A DNA stretch of 63,470 nucleotides, counting the filler, from Globobulimina sp. (Eukaryota): the NCBI GenBank assembly GCA_003354225.1. It is 54 parts of 54 records of this genome, joined end to end, with 100 filler letters (N's around TTAATTAATTAA, not from the genome) between each part and the next. Parts side by side here need not be neighbours in the genome. Positions count along the whole stretch, not along the records: positions 61,219 to 62,294 come from PIVH01024162.1; positions 62,395 to 63,470 come from PIVH01024163.1; 52 more parts are not named here. The stretch is one strand, 5' to 3'. The position numbers and the translations under genes are program-made. Shown here piece by piece: positions 61,440 through 63,470 of this stretch. The stretch's first letter is position 1. Each line of letters starts with the position of its first letter. The notes beneath the pieces were generated by a model. It was not told the origin of the DNA. It did not search any database and saw only the letters and a list, made by a program, of their open reading frames with translations.

Positions 61440-62294
61440 TTATTTATCCAAATCAAATGGATTAATATATTTTATGTTTTGTTCTTTTTTCTGGATTTCC
61501 TTCAATTCCCTTCTACTTTTCCAATATTTTCGAATCTTATTTTTCCAAAGAAACGATCCTTTGACAGTGTCAATGTCATAGATATTGTCATTTTTATCAT
61601 TTTGTCGCGTTGCATTGTTGATTCGTTCACATTGCATTTCCAATAACTCATCAAAATATTGCATAAAATATGTACGTATATTTTGATTGGTTTTCTTTAG
61701 TACTCTTTGCATCACACCCGTTATATACAAAAAATTATTTGCCATATTATAGTTGAACGATGACGACAACGTCACCATAGATTGTGCTCTTTTTTGTTTC
61801 TTCCGACCGCCTTTTAGTTTTCCTAAGTATGTGTTTCTTTGATATTTTATTTTTGCCAAAATCTCGGAATGAAACAACAATTTTTCTAACATGGAAGGTG
61901 TCGTAGCATTTGGCCGAGCAATCATCGATCCAATTTGATATAACGTGAGTCCATGGTTTACAGATTTCGACAGCACCAAATATGATATTCGCAGATTCTG
62001 AAACACCAACAATGATAATTTCAATTCGTTTCTCAATTTATTTATATCCCGTTCAATGTCAATATTGTTAACATATTCGACGGTGAATGGATCAAATGGT
62101 TGTTTTGACTGTTCCCAATTTAACCAAATCCACGAATCACTTGTAATATTCAGTTTTTCTGGGAATGTCAATCCATGATCGATCGGAATTAATTCATAAT
62201 TATAATACTTTTTATCTTCAATATAATACTCGTCCTTTGCCAGCAATAAATTACCTCCATTTCTGTCACAATTTAAAATGCGAATGTCTAAAAC
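61440..62294 (-). CDS. Type II (gamma-like) phosphatidylinositol 4-kinase, C-terminal part
   Basis: LDIRILNCDRNGGNLL, LIPIDHGLTFP, WLNWEQSKQPF, GLTLYQIG. Confidence 0.9.
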   Translation of the reverse strand, partial: VLDIRILNCDRNGGNLLLAKDEYYIEDKKYYNYELIPIDHGLTFPEKLNITSDSWIWLNWEQSKQPFDPFTVEYVNNIDIERDINKLRNELKLSLLVFQNLRISYLVLSKSVNHGLTLYQIGSMIARPNATTPSMLEKLLFHSEILAKIKYQRNTYLGKLKGGRKKQKRAQSMVTLSSSFNYNMANNFLYITGVMQRVLKKTNQNIRTYFMQYFDELLEMQCERINNATRQNDKNDNIYDIDTVKGSFLWKNKIRKYWKSRRELKEIQKKEQNIKYINPFDLDK

Positions 62295-62413
62295 NNNNNN
62301 NNNNNNNNNNNNNNNNNNNNNNNNNNNNNNNNNNNNNNTTAATTAATTAANNNNNNNNNNNNNNNNNNNNNNNNNNNNNNNNNNNNNNNNNNNNCGCGAC
62401 GACTCGATAGAAG

Positions 62414-62548
62414 GCCTTGTTCGTGTTGGGCAGATCCATCGGATTCATTGGACACTATTTGGATCAGAAAAGATTGAAACAAGGACTGTACAGACATCCC
62501 ACCGATGACATCACCTATTTCTTGTCCGATATCAACTCGAATCAGTGA
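62414..62548 (+). CDS. ACLY: ATP-citrate lyase C-terminus (absent from the ORF track)
   Basis: [35 protein letters not shown]...*. Confidence 0.92.
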   Translation, partial: ALFVLGRSIGFIGHYLDQKRLKQGLYRHPTDDITYFLSDINSNQ

Positions 62549-62990
62549 CAATGAGTTAGTTTTAATTAGTTTCTTTCTTTCTTTGTGTTGTCTTTGATAT
62601 TAATTCTAAATTTTAAACTCATCGATCATGTTTATTCTAAATTCACAAATATTTCATAGGCAGTATTACCACATTGTATTGTTCTTCTGTATAAATTATA
62701 TGTTTTTACGAAAAGAGACAAATTGTAGTTTGTTTTTCTTGTATATCTTCAGAACTGTTTGTGTACAGAATATGACAAAGGGGATGAAACTTGACAAAAA
62801 AATAGTATTTGATAAAGGCACTGCCCCAAATTGTAGCGGAAAGAATGAAATGTTCACATTCGTTTTATCCTTGCACTGCATGTAAATCTCTGTAATGTTT
62901 CAACAAAAAAAATACTAAATTCACACTCACGACAAACATAAAATATATATGAAATAAAGGTTAATTGAACGAAGAACAGTGTATTAATAT

Positions 62991-63081
62991 TGGGCTAACT
63001 GCAGCTGGCCAGTTTGGGCTAACCGGTTTGATGAATATTGGGCTAACTGCCACATGGTTTGAAATTAAGTGGGCTAACTGC
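62991..63081 (+). repeat. Four TGGGCTAAC(TGC) direct repeats
   Basis: Copies at 62991, 63015, 63039 and 63070. Confidence 0.75.
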
Positions 63082-63470
63082 GCAGTCATTTCATTTTTCT
63101 GCTGAGTCAAAGCATCTCCATCTTCATCTCCCTCACTAAAACTGCTATTAAATCCACTCGATTCTTCATTTATATCTATCGATTTGTATTGAGACATTAA
63201 AAATGCTTTCATGTCAGCATTTGTTTTGGCTTTTTCTAAGGAAGAGCTTAAACGATCCCCATCAGATTCATATTGCTCTTGCTCTTGCAATATTAATCTA
63301 TGCATAATGTATAAATAATAAAAGGCAAAAGGAATAGAATAGAAATAGATTAGATTCAATTAACTGATCTTTTAAACATGCAATCTCTGTTGTTTGTTCC
63401 TGCATTTTCTGTGATAAATCGTTTACGATATGCGTTAGCTTTTGAATTAGTTTATGATTTTGGGCTCCGA

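Noticed and set aside
62395-62551. Minus-strand [13 protein letters not shown]...
   Set aside because: Antisense shadow of the ATP-citrate lyase C-terminus on the plus strand.

Overview
This window is not one locus. It is 54 unrelated short contigs (1078, then 1077, then 1076 bp, i.e. length-sorted) joined by 100-bp artificial spacers (44 N + TTAATTAATTAA + 44 N), so no synteny can be inferred across spacers. Most contigs come from an AT-rich eukaryote with short GT-AG introns (about 53-180 bp). Gene content (F-box-like, TLDc, WWE, RCC1, ART-like families) suggests a rhizarian/foraminiferan single-cell or mini-metagenome assembly; that assignment is inference. Recognisable gene fragments include BMS1, DBP7/DDX31, mitochondrial ATP synthase gamma, ATP-citrate lyase, PIP5K, PI4K-II, a CAMK/CDPK kinase, GH27 alpha-galactosidase, a sulfotransferase and a CDP-alcohol phosphatidyltransferase. 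Also present are non-LTR retrotransposon pieces (APE, RT, RNase H), a Polinton-type PolB fragment, Bacteroidetes-like DNA, a class II ribonucleotide reductase, satellites and several probable chimeras. The best finding is two contigs (15315-16392 and 22383-23459) that each end in an exact 119-bp copy of their own start. They behave as 959-bp and 958-bp circles (or collapsed tandem units). In each, an intronless ORF reads through the junction to a proper stop: a 265-aa OB-fold-like protein in one, and a 216-aa ORF plus a 173-aa antisense ORF in the other. Neither has a recognisable Rep. Several genes also change frame at or near a stop codon.
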